In this document: positions 9,160 through 21,522 of the stretch, in pieces | How the letters are laid out: each line of letters begins with the position of its first letter | How positions within the stretch are numbered: position 1 is the first letter of the stretch | Assembly: GCA_008369845.1 (NCBI GenBank) | Contig: MRSU01005936.1 | Span: 1 to 64,000, forward strand | Direction: 5' to 3' | DNA: 64,000 bases | DNA from: Trichomonas gallinae | Taxonomy: Eukaryota | Translations under genes and position numbers: made by a program | Notes under the pieces: model-generated | Told to the model about the DNA's origin: nothing | Seen by the model: the letters and a program-made list of their open reading frames with translations, nothing else | The model's database searches: none

Positions 9160-11694
9160 TTAAAATTCAATTGATTTCTTAAGAGTTACTAAGTTCTGAA
9201 CGAATCTACGAAGTTCTTCATTCTTCACACGAGCGTCAAGTTCGTGCATTCCTATGTAGATATTCGCGTCATCTACGTCAAGTCCGAAATGCGAAAGAAC
9301 CTGCAGCAAAATCTCCATGCAAATATCAGGCTGTATAACATGCAACTCTCTGTGGAACGCACTGACTCTCTGCGCAATTTTCATGCCATTCGGATTATTA
9401 GGATCGAAAGATGTGGCAAAAATGAAATTGAAAGACATAGCATAGAACCTTCTGATGACTTGATCCATGTTCTGCTTCGATAATCCTGATAATAATTGTA
9501 TTGTGCTATCAAAAATCACGTTTTGCGCATAAAACTTGTTCAAACATATCTCAGCGAGGTCAAACAAGTAATTTATCATGCCTTCAGTGAGTATTTCTGC
9601 CGAATCAGTCATTAATTTGAAAAATTGCCTAATACAGACCGCGTAGCTGTCCACTGGGTTCAATGTGTCCAACTCAAGTGTAAACAGCTCAATTTGGAAT
9701 GAAAAAACATCAAACAAAGAATTGATTATCGTCATTAAGTCTTCAGGGCGGATTGTTTGGCGATACAATATCATGTGGTTGACGAACGCTGTAATTGACT
9801 GAGGTCCACATAATGCATTGTTGAGTCTGAAGATGTCTGCGCTCGCTGTTGCTTGCATTCTCTCTGATAATGCTTTTATGTACAAAGCAACAGTGTGATC
9901 GCTATCCATTGAAGGAATTTCGCATGTCTGAACAGCTTTGATCAAGAAATCTTGCATTTCTGGTAAAATTACAGAATTTGGAACTTTTGAGCCTAAACTG
10001 AGAATGCACGAAACTCCTTGTTGCGAAGTCTCTTCAGACATCATGAGCTCAGCCAGCTGAGGTATGGCAGCACCAATAACAGCGCTTGCATCCGCTGGTG
10101 CAACATATCTCATCAAAGCTCCAGCGGCACCAACCAAACTTTCATTGAGTGTGTCGATAAACATTGTGAGAACTTCAGCAGAAATGGTGAAATTAGTCTT
10201 TTGGTTGCGTGCAAGTTGATTTAATATTTCGATGCAGCCATTTAAGTGGCATTCAGGCAATTCCTGTGAAACAATGAAGTTTATGAGTGATGTGAATATG
10301 TCCTGTCTTGTTTCTAATGGGAACTTGTCATTTCTGTGAACAAATAATCTAAATAACAGATAAACAGCGAAAACATGAGTAAATGGGAGCGGATATTCAA
10401 GCTGTGCAAGTGGTGTGATGTGAGGAATGAACTCTTCAACGAAATTAGTCGAAGCACTCGTTTTATCATTCATATAATTTAAAATGTAAAGAATTGCTGA
10501 AGAAAACTGCGGAGCACCTTCAATATCGAATGTTTCTGTGAATATCTGCGTGATTATCTGTGATGTATTCTCTGAATCTACAATGAAACAAGCAGAAATA
10601 ATATTGCATAAACTTTCTATATATGGTTTTTGAGTGAGAGATGGAAAACCACTCTCATCTATGTCATTGAAGAGCGTTACTAGGCGTGATATAGCAACAG
10701 GAAGAGTATTTTGTGCGGTTTCTGGATATTGCTTGGTATAAGAAGCCAAGAAAGGAGCAACAACGATAGAAATAACAGAATCGAGCTGTAAGAAGACGAG
10801 AGCCAATTCATAGTAAGGAACAGAGTTTTCTGATGCTAATAAAATAATTCCAGCGCTGTAGATGTAATTTGCAGCTTCAACATAGACATCTACTGAATTT
10901 GACTCCTGGCAAATCTGCTGTACTTTTTCTGGGTTGCCAACGCTTGAAATCAAAGATAATTTAATTGAATCATCCAAATTTCTTGTAATTATTGATGAAA
11001 ACGTCTTGAAAATGTATTTTGAGCACTCAGCGTTCCCGATATTGGACATAAACGTCGAAAAAAGGCCTCCATCAGTCACCCAGCTGATATCTGTCCATTT
11101 CGACATTGACGATATAATGGAGTATGACACTGGCAGTAAATTAGCGAATGCCAAAGAGTAAACTTGCTGAATCACTTTCGCTGCGATTAAAGCATTTTTA
11201 AAATTCGAAAACATCGCGAATTTTCGTGGTGTCATTACTGAGCACTGGTAGCAGAAGCCGTTTAAGAACTTAAAAACGTATGATTGTGGGAATTTCATAA
11301 TGTAATCCCAAAAATCTGGCCATTTCATTGGGAATGCGTAAAATATAAACTCGACTTGTGTCAGTATAAGTTCGTTGCCAAAATCGTCTCCAAATCTATT
11401 GCTTATCTCATTTCCTTGTTGAAATAATATAACTTTCATGCTTTCCAAGACTTCATTTTGGATTTCGTTGGATTTTTCTGCTATCCAGTATCTAAGGAGT
11501 TTAAATATGAACGTATACGTTAATTCATTCCTGAAATTTTGAAAATTTGAAATAACATAAACTAATCCGTCAAGAGATTTCATGAATTCCGCGATGAGGT
11601 CCATTGCATCCATCTTGTCGTCCTCAGATGACTCGTCGGAATGAAGAGCTGCCACACAATTGTCGAGATCAAATTGATTTTCACTTAGCTCCAT
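9160..11694 (-). CDS. Importin-beta/exportin family HEAT protein, exportin-T-like (start ATG 11694)
   Basis: About 844 aa, helical. FPMKWPDF resembles the exportin YP..WP.F motif and SKWTDISWV resembles Xpo-t SWIDI.LI. Confidence 0.6.
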   Translation of the reverse strand: MELSENQFDLDNCVAALHSDESSEDDKMDAMDLIAEFMKSLDGLVYVISNFQNFRNELTYTFIFKLLRYWIAEKSNEIQNEVLESMKVILFQQGNEISNRFGDDFGNELILTQVEFIFYAFPMKWPDFWDYIMKFPQSYVFKFLNGFCYQCSVMTPRKFAMFSNFKNALIAAKVIQQVYSLAFANLLPVSYSIISSMSKWTDISWVTDGGLFSTFMSNIGNAECSKYIFKTFSSIITRNLDDSIKLSLISSVGNPEKVQQICQESNSVDVYVEAANYIYSAGIILLASENSVPYYELALVFLQLDSVISIVVAPFLASYTKQYPETAQNTLPVAISRLVTLFNDIDESGFPSLTQKPYIESLCNIISACFIVDSENTSQIITQIFTETFDIEGAPQFSSAILYILNYMNDKTSASTNFVEEFIPHITPLAQLEYPLPFTHVFAVYLLFRLFVHRNDKFPLETRQDIFTSLINFIVSQELPECHLNGCIEILNQLARNQKTNFTISAEVLTMFIDTLNESLVGAAGALMRYVAPADASAVIGAAIPQLAELMMSEETSQQGVSCILSLGSKVPNSVILPEMQDFLIKAVQTCEIPSMDSDHTVALYIKALSERMQATASADIFRLNNALCGPQSITAFVNHMILYRQTIRPEDLMTIINSLFDVFSFQIELFTLELDTLNPVDSYAVCIRQFFKLMTDSAEILTEGMINYLFDLAEICLNKFYAQNVIFDSTIQLLSGLSKQNMDQVIRRFYAMSFNFIFATSFDPNNPNGMKIAQRVSAFHRELHVIQPDICMEILLQVLSHFGLDVDDANIYIGMHELDARVKNEELRRFVQNLVTLKKSIEF

Positions 11695-12413
11695 TCCGAA
11701 ATGCAGAAATCTCGATGTATAACAAGCTTTTGTTGTATAAAAATTCAATTTTCGGTCCAAAAATATAAAAATAATGAATATTTGAGGAATTTTCGAAAAA
11801 ATACTCTAAAACTATTAAATTGGCGAAAGTTATATGGCGAAAAGTGAATCTATACTCATGCATATTCGAAATCTACTCTTGTTTTTACAACATTTTAATT
11901 CAATTTTTGAAAATCAAATTTCTCTCATTTCTACATCATACGAAAATATTTACAAAACCCAGTAATTTTATGTGATAATTTTGCTTATCAAGTAAATTTC
12001 AATAATATCAAGCAAAAACTATAGATATATGCCATGGTTGCTGTATAGAGTTTGCTTGTAACGTATTAATCAGCAAATCTATTGATTTAATTTTTGTATT
12101 TCTATAAGAATTTAATAGAATACGATAAAAACATTACTTTTGTTTATTTTTCTAATCTTCAAAATATAACCTTATCTAAAAAGATGATTTTCCGCCATTT
12201 TTGAATGTGGATTAAAGGCTATTTCTGACTCTAAAAATTAACTCTTTAATTTTTACCCAAAGAAATAATATTTCCGAAAAATAATTTGTATTTTTCTTCA
12301 TATGCTGTAGTCTTTGGAAATTCACAGTTATATTCACTATTTTTTGCCCTTAATTGACAGACATGGTTAAAAATATTGCAAGCAGATATTAAGAAAACAA
12401 ACAAAAATAGTAT

Positions 12414-14678
12414 TTATTCAAACTGTATTTCAGTACAATAATATCCATCTTCTTCTATCATTTCTTCTTCTTCATTATCAACATTTGTTGATAAAACTGC
12501 CCCCCTTTTCTTTAGATATGCTTCTATAGAAGAAGATTCAGTGTAATCTATTGCGGACTTTCCGCTTTTGTTCTTATGATTGATGTCTGCACCCAAAGCG
12601 CCGAGGAACTGGACTGTTTGGAATTCATCATTCATCGCTGCATAAATCAATGCCGTGTTTCCTTTTTCTGTTTGCGAGTCAACGAAAGCTCCATCATTTA
12701 TACACTTCTGGACAAGAGAATGCATGCCAGCAAAAGCAGCAGCTGCAATAAGCGGCCCCTGGTTGTTTTTAACAACAGTATTTGATCCATTTTTAATCAA
12801 ATATTTTGCGATGTCTAATCTGTTTTCTAGTAAATGATAGAACAAAGGTGTATCATTGTTAGCATTGCGAAGCTCCATGTCAGCACCAGATCTAATTAAA
12901 GACCTAACAATATTCTCTTTATTGCAATAGAAAATCGGCGAATTTCCTTCTTTATCGGACTCATTAATAATTTGCTTGAATTCATCATAAGTTAATAAAT
13001 AATCGATTGTTGAGACTTCATCGCTCATCGCAGCCATATGCAAAATATTCCTGCCCTTGTTATCATGGCTACTGAAGTTAGCCCCTCTGCTTTTAAGATA
13101 CTTTAATGACTCAGTGAATCCGTTTTTAGCTGCATATAAAACAGTTGTCAAACCATCAACACTTGCGTGAGCTAAATTGCACTTTTTCTCATCGAAAAAC
13201 TTGAGCAAGTTCAAAGAAGCCGTTGAAATCATTATTGGCGTCATCCCATCTTCGCATTCTTCATCTATCTTAGATCCATGCTTGATTAAACATTCTATTG
13301 CTTTCATGTTGTGATGCTTGACGGCGTGGAAGAAAGCAGTGTTCGATTTATTATCACGAGCGTGAATATTGCAGCCATGATCAAGAAGAAGCTCAATAAG
13401 CTCATCAGCACCCTTATTTGTTGCAAGCATTAATGCTGTTTCACCTAACGATGTTGTCTTATTAACATCTGCACCATTTTCGATTAAGAAAGAAACGGTA
13501 TTTAGCAAGTTCATCGAACAAGCTTTGAGTAATGGAGTAAAACCATCGGAGTCTTTCTCTTCAATGTCAGCTCCATGCTCAACGAGTAACTTAGCAACAG
13601 GAAGATGCAAATCATAGATACATGACCTGACAATCAAAGAGCAGTCATGGTTATCTTTAGCATTAACATTTGCTCCTTTTCCGATAAGATAATCAACGAG
13701 TTCTATGTTTCCATCGTAAACAGCTCTGATTATTCCTCCATCGTGCTTCATAAAATCGCAGCCATGACTTTCAAGCAGTTTTACTATGTCTAAGTTAAGT
13801 CTCTCAGCACTTGTTATGTCTTCTGGAATAGGACATCCATTGGTTAGCATGAAATTCAAAGAAAAAATGTCATTGTTTTCAGCAGCTGCAGTAAAAGCTT
13901 CTGTTTTTGTTTTAGTTGAAGCTTTTTCAAAAACTTTTTGTAAAACGCCGAGATTCATATATTTTATCGAATCCATTAAAGCATTATCGTATTTAGAGTA
14001 CTCTTCGATTAAACTCACTGCAATATTGTTATGATGATATCTGATTGCTTTAGAAAACAAATCTATAAATCCGATAATTTTCTTTTCTCTTAGCTGTTTG
14101 AATATTTCGAAACTTCCACCGATTATTGACGCGTTTGCTGTCTTGTCTGTAAACTTATAGTTTTTGCTCACGAAGTGGCCAAAGCATTTTTCAGCACCAA
14201 ATGATATAGAAGCATCAATTAGCGAATTTTTGTTGACGAGAGTTTTATCGAAATTTTCTTCTTTTTCGAGATCATAAATTTGGATTACGTCATCTCTACG
14301 AAGTACATTAGCGAGATCTGAGTTATCTTCACTACCATGCAATAGTTCTTCTAGCGAGTAGTTCTCGTAAGAGTTTTTAATAACGTTTCCTGTTAATTTT
14401 TGTGCAAAATTTTTCCGACGAAGTAATTCAATGAAAAACGATTGACTTGACCCAAGTTTCCTTTTTCCTCGTAAAGCAATCCATAAATCTGCGTATAAAT
14501 AGTTATAATATGGCCGAGTAAATGCTGCATTTTGAATTGATTCGAAGATAAAATTTCGATAACATTCAGAATGATATTGCTGAAGGAATGCAAGACTGTC
14601 TTGGTAATTATCATCGCCTATTAAGTAGATTGCGTCTAATATCTTCTGTCCTTCTTCAATATTTCCTGATTCAATCAT
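12414..14678 (-). CDS. Ankyrin repeat protein with DUF3447-like N-terminal region
   Basis: Many GADVN...G.TPL/TAL repeats. SISFGAEKCF, SIIGGSFEIF and AIRYHHNNIA are typical of trichomonad DUF3447-ankyrin proteins. AAAGTGAC 14689-14696 precedes ATG 14678. Confidence 0.92.
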   Translation of the reverse strand: MIESGNIEEGQKILDAIYLIGDDNYQDSLAFLQQYHSECYRNFIFESIQNAAFTRPYYNYLYADLWIALRGKRKLGSSQSFFIELLRRKNFAQKLTGNVIKNSYENYSLEELLHGSEDNSDLANVLRRDDVIQIYDLEKEENFDKTLVNKNSLIDASISFGAEKCFGHFVSKNYKFTDKTANASIIGGSFEIFKQLREKKIIGFIDLFSKAIRYHHNNIAVSLIEEYSKYDNALMDSIKYMNLGVLQKVFEKASTKTKTEAFTAAAENNDIFSLNFMLTNGCPIPEDITSAERLNLDIVKLLESHGCDFMKHDGGIIRAVYDGNIELVDYLIGKGANVNAKDNHDCSLIVRSCIYDLHLPVAKLLVEHGADIEEKDSDGFTPLLKACSMNLLNTVSFLIENGADVNKTTSLGETALMLATNKGADELIELLLDHGCNIHARDNKSNTAFFHAVKHHNMKAIECLIKHGSKIDEECEDGMTPIMISTASLNLLKFFDEKKCNLAHASVDGLTTVLYAAKNGFTESLKYLKSRGANFSSHDNKGRNILHMAAMSDEVSTIDYLLTYDEFKQIINESDKEGNSPIFYCNKENIVRSLIRSGADMELRNANNDTPLFYHLLENRLDIAKYLIKNGSNTVVKNNQGPLIAAAAFAGMHSLVQKCINDGAFVDSQTEKGNTALIYAAMNDEFQTVQFLGALGADINHKNKSGKSAIDYTESSSIEAYLKKRGAVLSTNVDNEEEEMIEEDGYYCTEIQFE

Positions 14679-14947
14679 GATTTTTATTGTCACTTTTATT
14701 AACCCTAATTAATCAACAAAAAAAATTCATTTGTTTTATAACCGCTAACATATATAATATCGAAATATCAACTCGAAATCGCAAAACGACGCAAACTAAG
14801 TTGTTCAATTGGATTTTTCTGGATATAATCATTTAACTGTAACGAATCCTGACTATACTTTAAATCACCAAATAATTTAGCAGCCAATAAAGCATAAATG
14901 TTTGAAAATAGTAAAAATCAATAAATAAAAATAATACATTTAATGAT

Positions 14948-16096
14948 TTAAACAGTTGGTCGGTGATTAGGAACAATCTGAATAGTTTGTGTTAAGTTGC
15001 GAGAACTGTCTTTGCACCAATTTTTGATGTTGATGCAGTTAATTGATGCACAGAACTTGCACCATTGCCAGCCTTCTATACTACGGAAGAGTGTAACGAG
15101 GCAAACGCAAAAGATTAATGTCATAGTTGGGAAAGCAAGGAAAGCAATAAGACCGTGGCAAATTCTCTCGCATCTTCCAAATGTGAGGTTTGGTAAAAGC
15201 ATGAGAGCGAAAAGTAAGCCCATGATAAATCCGCCAATATTCAAGAAATTATCGATGAATGGTGTAAGGCCCAATAAAATGCCAACTAAAATGAGGCCAA
15301 CGATAATACCAAGATCTCTACCCTTATGTTCGTTAGCTCTCCATCCTGAGAAAAGATCAGCAAGCATAAGTCCAATAAAACCGAAAATGCAGCCTGTAGC
15401 ACCACACGCAACAAATTCTGGGACGAGTAATGACGAGAGGATTAAACCATATGTACCAGAAACCATGAAAACGAAAAATGCACGCCAAAATCCTGTATCT
15501 CTCTCGACGCATGCAGTGAAAACGGCGAATACCATGATGATTACAAGATGTATTACACCAGAATGAAGGAAGTGAGCAACCAAAAGTCTCCACCATGAAC
15601 CTGCGAGAATAATTGAAGCTTTCTTGGCACCCATGAGGACAATTACATCCTCAGGTGGACCATACATCATATTAAAACTGAATTGTGGCACCTGTGAATA
15701 TTGTATTATAGAGCAAGCTAATACTGCAAAATAAATAATAATAACACCATAAGACCAAATTTGAGGGGATTTGGCCTCAAGGTTGATTAAGACTGGCTTT
15801 TGCTCTTCTTGGGCGTCGGTTTTTTTGCTTTGAGATTTTCCACCGCCAGATCCGCTATCAGAGAATTTTTCGAGTGTCTTAGTAGATTTTGCTGGCTTTC
15901 TAGTTGTTTTACGTGGTTTTTTCTTAGGTGATTCTTCTTCGTGAGCTTCATTGAAATTCAATTTGTTTGTAGAAAACTCATTGGGTGTTGTTTGCATGTT
16001 TGCTGTTTCCCACCAGTTGCCTCCAGCTCCTGGCTTAGCTTCTTCTAAGTCTCTGCCTCTTGTAAATGTGTTCTTGCGCTTTGTTCTACCACTCAT
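14948..16096 (-). CDS. Rhomboid-family membrane protein, predicted catalytically inactive
   Basis: WWRL...FLHSGVIHL and several TM helices; GATG in place of GxSG, DNFLNIGG in place of DNxAHxGG. Confidence 0.9.
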   Translation of the reverse strand: MSGRTKRKNTFTRGRDLEEAKPGAGGNWWETANMQTTPNEFSTNKLNFNEAHEEESPKKKPRKTTRKPAKSTKTLEKFSDSGSGGGKSQSKKTDAQEEQKPVLINLEAKSPQIWSYGVIIIYFAVLACSIIQYSQVPQFSFNMMYGPPEDVIVLMGAKKASIILAGSWWRLLVAHFLHSGVIHLVIIMVFAVFTACVERDTGFWRAFFVFMVSGTYGLILSSLLVPEFVACGATGCIFGFIGLMLADLFSGWRANEHKGRDLGIIVGLILVGILLGLTPFIDNFLNIGGFIMGLLFALMLLPNLTFGRCERICHGLIAFLAFPTMTLIFCVCLVTLFRSIEGWQWCKFCASINCINIKNWCKDSSRNLTQTIQIVPNHRPTV

Positions 16097-17626
16097 TTTT
16101 TAATTTTATTTCCTTTGAATATCAAAAACATGCCAAAATTTGAAAACATGCTATATAATGGATATTGGTATTGTTGTTTTACATCAAAAACCTGGTGAAA
16201 ATTTTGAATAGTTTACAAAATTCGAAGCGAGACAATAATTGATTTATTTTTACTTGAAATATGAATATTCGCATATTGACTTTTTTTCTTTGAAATTTTT
16301 CAATTTTTCTAACGATGGTTCAATAAAATATTTTTATTAATACATTTTGCCAACTATATCAATATAATTTTTTTAAATTTTGCGAAAGTTTTCTTTTCAA
16401 TGGTTTAAATTTTTACATGTTGTCTCTATTTTTGTAATATATCAAAATATCAAAATATCAATTTTGGGGTTTTTCAATTCAAGTTTTGATTTTTCTTTTG
16501 TTAGAAGTTTTTGATAATATTTCACCATTACGTGATAATGAATGATAGTAACTCTATTTTTGTGTGAATCTCCTGGAAAATATTTCTTTACAAAAAAACA
16601 GTTGGAATAAATATTATTTATATTACTTTATATATCACAAAACACTCAAAATTTCGCGTTTATTTCTTACTCTGAAAAATTTGATTGAAAATATAAGGTC
16701 TATTTCAACGTATATACAACCAGCACTATATTTATAGACTAAATCTTTCATCAGATTGAAAAATCTTACTTTTGTTATATCGTTATTACGATAATTTAAA
16801 TATAACCTTAAAACGTCACTTTTAATTGTTTTAAGTACCAACATGTTTGTGAATTATTTATTGATATTTAAATACAATAGGTTATAGTAAATATAAATAT
16901 ATCCGGAAAATCAAAATATCTGCCATAATGGTTTTCATTCCTTGATATTGTTATTTATTCGAATATTTCACTGCTATTGGTTTGGATTGCATATAATAAA
17001 TTAACAAACAAAACTCAGATCAAACTGTAGCAAAATATTTTGAAAAATTATTCGTAAAAACTCATCACGATTAAACCTATTCCCACATATTTTTATTGAT
17101 ATTGGACGCTTCTTGTGAGTATGTGAATGATTAATTGCATCGAAAAATTTGATCAATTGATTCAACTAAATTTTGGAGCAGCTTTGTCAATTGCATCTCT
17201 GAAATATATTTCATCAGATGAGTAGCTCTCATACTCTGTCTCTTATAAAACTGTTTTCTCTTTTTTAAGCATATTTATCACGAATGATTTTTGATATTTT
17301 CTCGGTCGACAAAATGTCATCACATAGTTATCTATTTTTTGTAATCAGAGATTGGCACATAGCCTTGCCCAATATGGGGCTGCTGCATATGAGCTGAAAG
17401 TTTGATATAAGATATTATATCTGAGAAATTTGAATAAAAAAGAAATTACTGTTATTTGATTTTGTACGTCAAGACTCATCAAAGTCTCAGACTCACAAAC
17501 AATAGTTAGAACACACTTATATGATAACAATGGAAATATATATAGATATATTGCTAAGTCACTGATGCATGAAATTTTCCTGTTATAAAGGGTCTGACAA
17601 AATTATTTTGGGGATAAAGTATTCAA

Positions 17627-19693
17627 ATGTCGAAGAAAGCTGAATCTTCAATTAGCATGGAATTCAGGGAATTTTATGCTTTTGAAGATACTCCTAAGAA
17701 AGAGGAAGACCCAACTGATATCAACTCTTCGATTTTTAATGCTAAATTATTATTCGAAAAATCGACAAAAACGATGTCGATATATCAACTTGTTGCCCAA
17801 GAAATGTCACTTGTTACAGATATCGAATCACTTGATAATGATATGCAATCTTTAATATACGATAATTATACAAAATTTTTAGACGCTTCTGATTTAGTTA
17901 TTACATTTGGAGAGAATATATCTGTTTTAGAATCTCAAGTCAGTGATTTAAAGCAATCTTTGAATGATGCATCCGCCCAAAATGATACAATATCGAAAGG
18001 TTTACGCGAAAATCGTGAAAAAATACAAAGATTAATAGGTATACAGCGTTTATTAGAAAGAATTAAGTTCATTTCTCGTTTACCAGATGTGTTAAAATCA
18101 AATATTAAAAAGAAAAATTATACGAACGCAGTTAAATTCTGGATTAAAGTCGAAAAGATACTAAGGACACAGCAAAAGTTCCCATCTTTTGCAAAAATTT
18201 ACGAAGAATCGAAGACAATCATGCAAGATGTTCAAAATAAAATATCCGAAGAAATGATTACCACAGATATATCAGTAGAAAACTCAGTAAATGATGGAAT
18301 CCTCCTTGTTCAGCTTGGCACACAACTTCTTATCATTTGTTCTCAATTAATTCATCATAGATTTTTAATTCTCGATAATATATTAGAAGAATTAGTTTTA
18401 GACGATGAACCATTCATGGCATTGTCTCACCTCAATGATGCAATCATTCGTGATGCTTCGCTGTTTATAAAGCTATATAAAGAGCGACTTTTAGTTCTCG
18501 CTGACAGCCAGGAAATAAGAAACAAAGCTCTGGGAATTTTGTCAAATTTCACGACAAAATTTTTCGAAAGAATTTTACCAATATTACCTCTAAAAACTCT
18601 CCCAAGCATGGATTGCAAGAAGCTTGCGGCCTATATTCGTCTTTTCATCGATTTATTCACTCCGCTCGCCAATGAGTCGTTGATTCAACAAAACATCCAT
18701 AAAATGATTAAACACTACACAATAACTCGCGTTAGAAGTATATTCGACAATGCTTACGACATCATCAATAACTTCGATGACATCCAGATTGTCTCAAATT
18801 TCATTGCAAACTTTATGACGAATATTGACGGAATTATTAATGAATTCGACATCCTTTCGATGCTTGATCATAAAGAATGCACACAAATGCTTGTCCAAAA
18901 TGTCAGACTCCTTCTTTCGCAGTTCGGCGACAAAATAAGAGACTGTGAGCCCAAGAAAGGCCTCTATGTTGCAATTATTGCTGAAAGTCTAGCAACAGAT
19001 TTAATTGGAAAAGTGTTGGTGATGTTGTCAAAAATTGACGGCGAAATTCCACAATCAATATTAGCCAGAGAACTTAAGACGCAGTACTTGGCGTCATCAT
19101 CAGTATGCATACAACGTTATGTTGACTACAGAAGGCAGCAAATCGAGCCTTTAATTCTCAGTTTTTACGAAGAAGAAGTTTTTTCTACGAAAAAGAATCC
19201 AAACGATATATATGACTCTTCTCGAGCTTTTCTGATGGAATTGGATGACTTGTGGACAACATTGGATGTTTTACCAAAGTCAGAGAAAACAGGAAGCTCG
19301 GCTTCTCATTTATTATATAACACGCCGATTGTTCCTTCTTTTGCAGGAATCAGGGATGATGGATATGGACACATCGATCGATTGTTTACCTCGATTAACA
19401 GACTGGGACTCTCCAAACAGTTGCCATTAAGCAAAACTGCTATTTTCACATCTGTCGTGTTTTATTCCATTAAAACTTTATTGGAAGTGTTAAGAACGAA
19501 ACTTCTAACATTTGAAGCTTTTAATCAAGTCCAGATTGATGCTTACTACATTTACATATCAATTAAAGACAGGATTAACAACTCTGACTTATTCGCAACA
19601 CTAGTAGAAGAGCTAGTCAATTCTGCTGCAGACAGAGCTTTCAATGCCGAGCCCCTTGATACAGCTGTCTTAAAGAGCATCGCTGAAAAATAA
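17627..19693 (+). CDS. VPS51: GARP/EARP complex subunit Vps51
   Basis: DINSSIFN, DIESLDNDMQSLIYDNYTKFLDASD and C-terminal FNQVQIDAYY...LVEELVNSAADR match Vps51. Confidence 0.85.
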   Translation: MSKKAESSISMEFREFYAFEDTPKKEEDPTDINSSIFNAKLLFEKSTKTMSIYQLVAQEMSLVTDIESLDNDMQSLIYDNYTKFLDASDLVITFGENISVLESQVSDLKQSLNDASAQNDTISKGLRENREKIQRLIGIQRLLERIKFISRLPDVLKSNIKKKNYTNAVKFWIKVEKILRTQQKFPSFAKIYEESKTIMQDVQNKISEEMITTDISVENSVNDGILLVQLGTQLLIICSQLIHHRFLILDNILEELVLDDEPFMALSHLNDAIIRDASLFIKLYKERLLVLADSQEIRNKALGILSNFTTKFFERILPILPLKTLPSMDCKKLAAYIRLFIDLFTPLANESLIQQNIHKMIKHYTITRVRSIFDNAYDIINNFDDIQIVSNFIANFMTNIDGIINEFDILSMLDHKECTQMLVQNVRLLLSQFGDKIRDCEPKKGLYVAIIAESLATDLIGKVLVMLSKIDGEIPQSILARELKTQYLASSSVCIQRYVDYRRQQIEPLILSFYEEEVFSTKKNPNDIYDSSRAFLMELDDLWTTLDVLPKSEKTGSSASHLLYNTPIVPSFAGIRDDGYGHIDRLFTSINRLGLSKQLPLSKTAIFTSVVFYSIKTLLEVLRTKLLTFEAFNQVQIDAYYIYISIKDRINNSDLFATLVEELVNSAADRAFNAEPLDTAVLKSIAEK

Positions 19694-20883
19694 TATTATT
19701 ATTGTTTTAATAAATTGTTTGTTTGAAATTATATTATGAACTTATTTGAACATCCAATAGTTTTAAATCGTTTCATTCCGAGTTGAATTTATAAATTATA
19801 AGTTCATCTACTTTGCACCTATGATATCCACACCAATTCATGTCAAAAATTCACTAGGTTAAATACATCATTCCTTGATTTGGAAGGATTCCACAAGGAG
19901 GACCAATCATAATCAAATCTAAAATATAAATAAAATAATCAGTGTTAATTAATATCATTGTTATCTTCTAGCGAAGATGTGTCCTCATTATATCATCTAG
20001 AAAAAACGATTGTTTATATTTTTGACATTTTGACACTTAAATTTCAAATATCTCAAATATTGAATTCTTTGAAAAATCAAAGTCACATAAAATATATTAA
20101 CAAGACATAAATATTACATTTTTTGTGGAAAACGAAAAAAATGATTTATGCTTAAATAATGTTATATGGACAATACTCTGCATATGTATTTCAGATCAAT
20201 TAATTATTTCACAAAGTCGACATTTGATTCAGAAAAAGCCGTTGCAAGCATTAATTAGAATAAAAATGATTTAGAATTAAATCCCTCAACAGTAATGGTT
20301 TTATTTACTGTATTTGCTGATATTGGATGAACACAGAAATAGATTCACAACTCCTAGACATTTTTTTGAATCTGAAACATTCAAAAAAAAAGCATTTTTC
20401 TGTAATTAAAATGTGCTGCGAATTCTTTTTAGTGCTATTATTAATGATTTAAAGTGCAAATCAGCCTTATTTATAAACTATAACATGATTTAACAAATCT
20501 TTGCAAGTGAAAATTAAACAAGTTGCGATTCACGATACAAAGATGTTAAGCAATATTCAACATTATGAATTAGCCTCGAAAAAAAAAACAGAGAATCAAG
20601 CCAAATGAAGTAGTACAATATCATATTCATACATTCATATCCAAATTCAAACATGATGTTTTTTGATCATTTTTCATCGTGCCACCTATATCATGGCATT
20701 GTTATTACAATGTGGTGAAGAAAAAAAAAGGTTTCAGAATTGACTTGATAATTGAATTGTAATTTTCTTTTGTTGTCTACATTATATGCATGTAGAATGG
20801 CATAATTTGCGTTTACAAAGAAAAAATTTTTAGAATAATCAATTCGAAATTTTAAAATCGTGTCTTATTGTGTGTTTATGACG

Positions 20884-21256
20884 TCAAAAATTTTTTGTCC
20901 CTATTCCAGGAACTGTGAGAAGAAGTTTGACAACTTCATGATGACCTTTTTTTGAAGATTTAATCAAAGCTGTAGAATTGAATATGTCTCTACAGTTAAT
21001 GTCAATGCCAGATTCGATCAAAAGACGAACCAAGTATAACTTGTTATCTACTGCTGCAGTGAAGATGTTTCTGCCATTCCAAACTTTTTCTGTCACGAAA
21101 ACGAATTTCTCTCTGACGGCAAATGACACTGCATCTTTGTCGTTTTCTGTTGCAATTCTTTCGCAAATTTCGTATATTAAAATTCTCCCATGTTTTCGAA
21201 ATCTTTTTTAATTCTTCAATATTTTTGTTTACAGCCTGGTTTAAGAAAGATCGCAT
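20884..21256 (-). pseudogene. Frameshifted, 3'-truncated ankyrin gene
   Basis: Two overlapping short ORFs join via a frameshift near 21175-21180 into ...YEICERIATENDKDAVSFAVREK...GHHEVVKLLLTVPGI, then stop. Paralogous to 48780-49331. Confidence 0.75.
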
Positions 21257-21522
21257 ATGTCAATTTTTGTCAAAAGCTTTTGCCACCAACATAATTAGCA
21301 AAAAGTGAGACTAATACTATGTTAAGAATCATTATATTATATATAGATTTGGACTTTGTAACTCATATAATCTTATAGAATGTTCCTATCATCTAATTCA
21401 TGAATTGAAAAAATAATAGTTAACAAAAGAGTCCAAAATTGCAAAATTTTGAAATAATATAGTAAAATATAGGGAAATATCAGCAAAAATCGCGAAAATA
21501 AACTAATGGTCGTGTAAAAAAA

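Noticed and set aside
16100..17620. Short ORFs and coding-like patches in long spacers (also 7810-7960, 19700-20880, 52190-52470, 52860-53280, 54400-54960)
   Set aside because: They may be decayed genes, but no family could be recognised, so they are not called.
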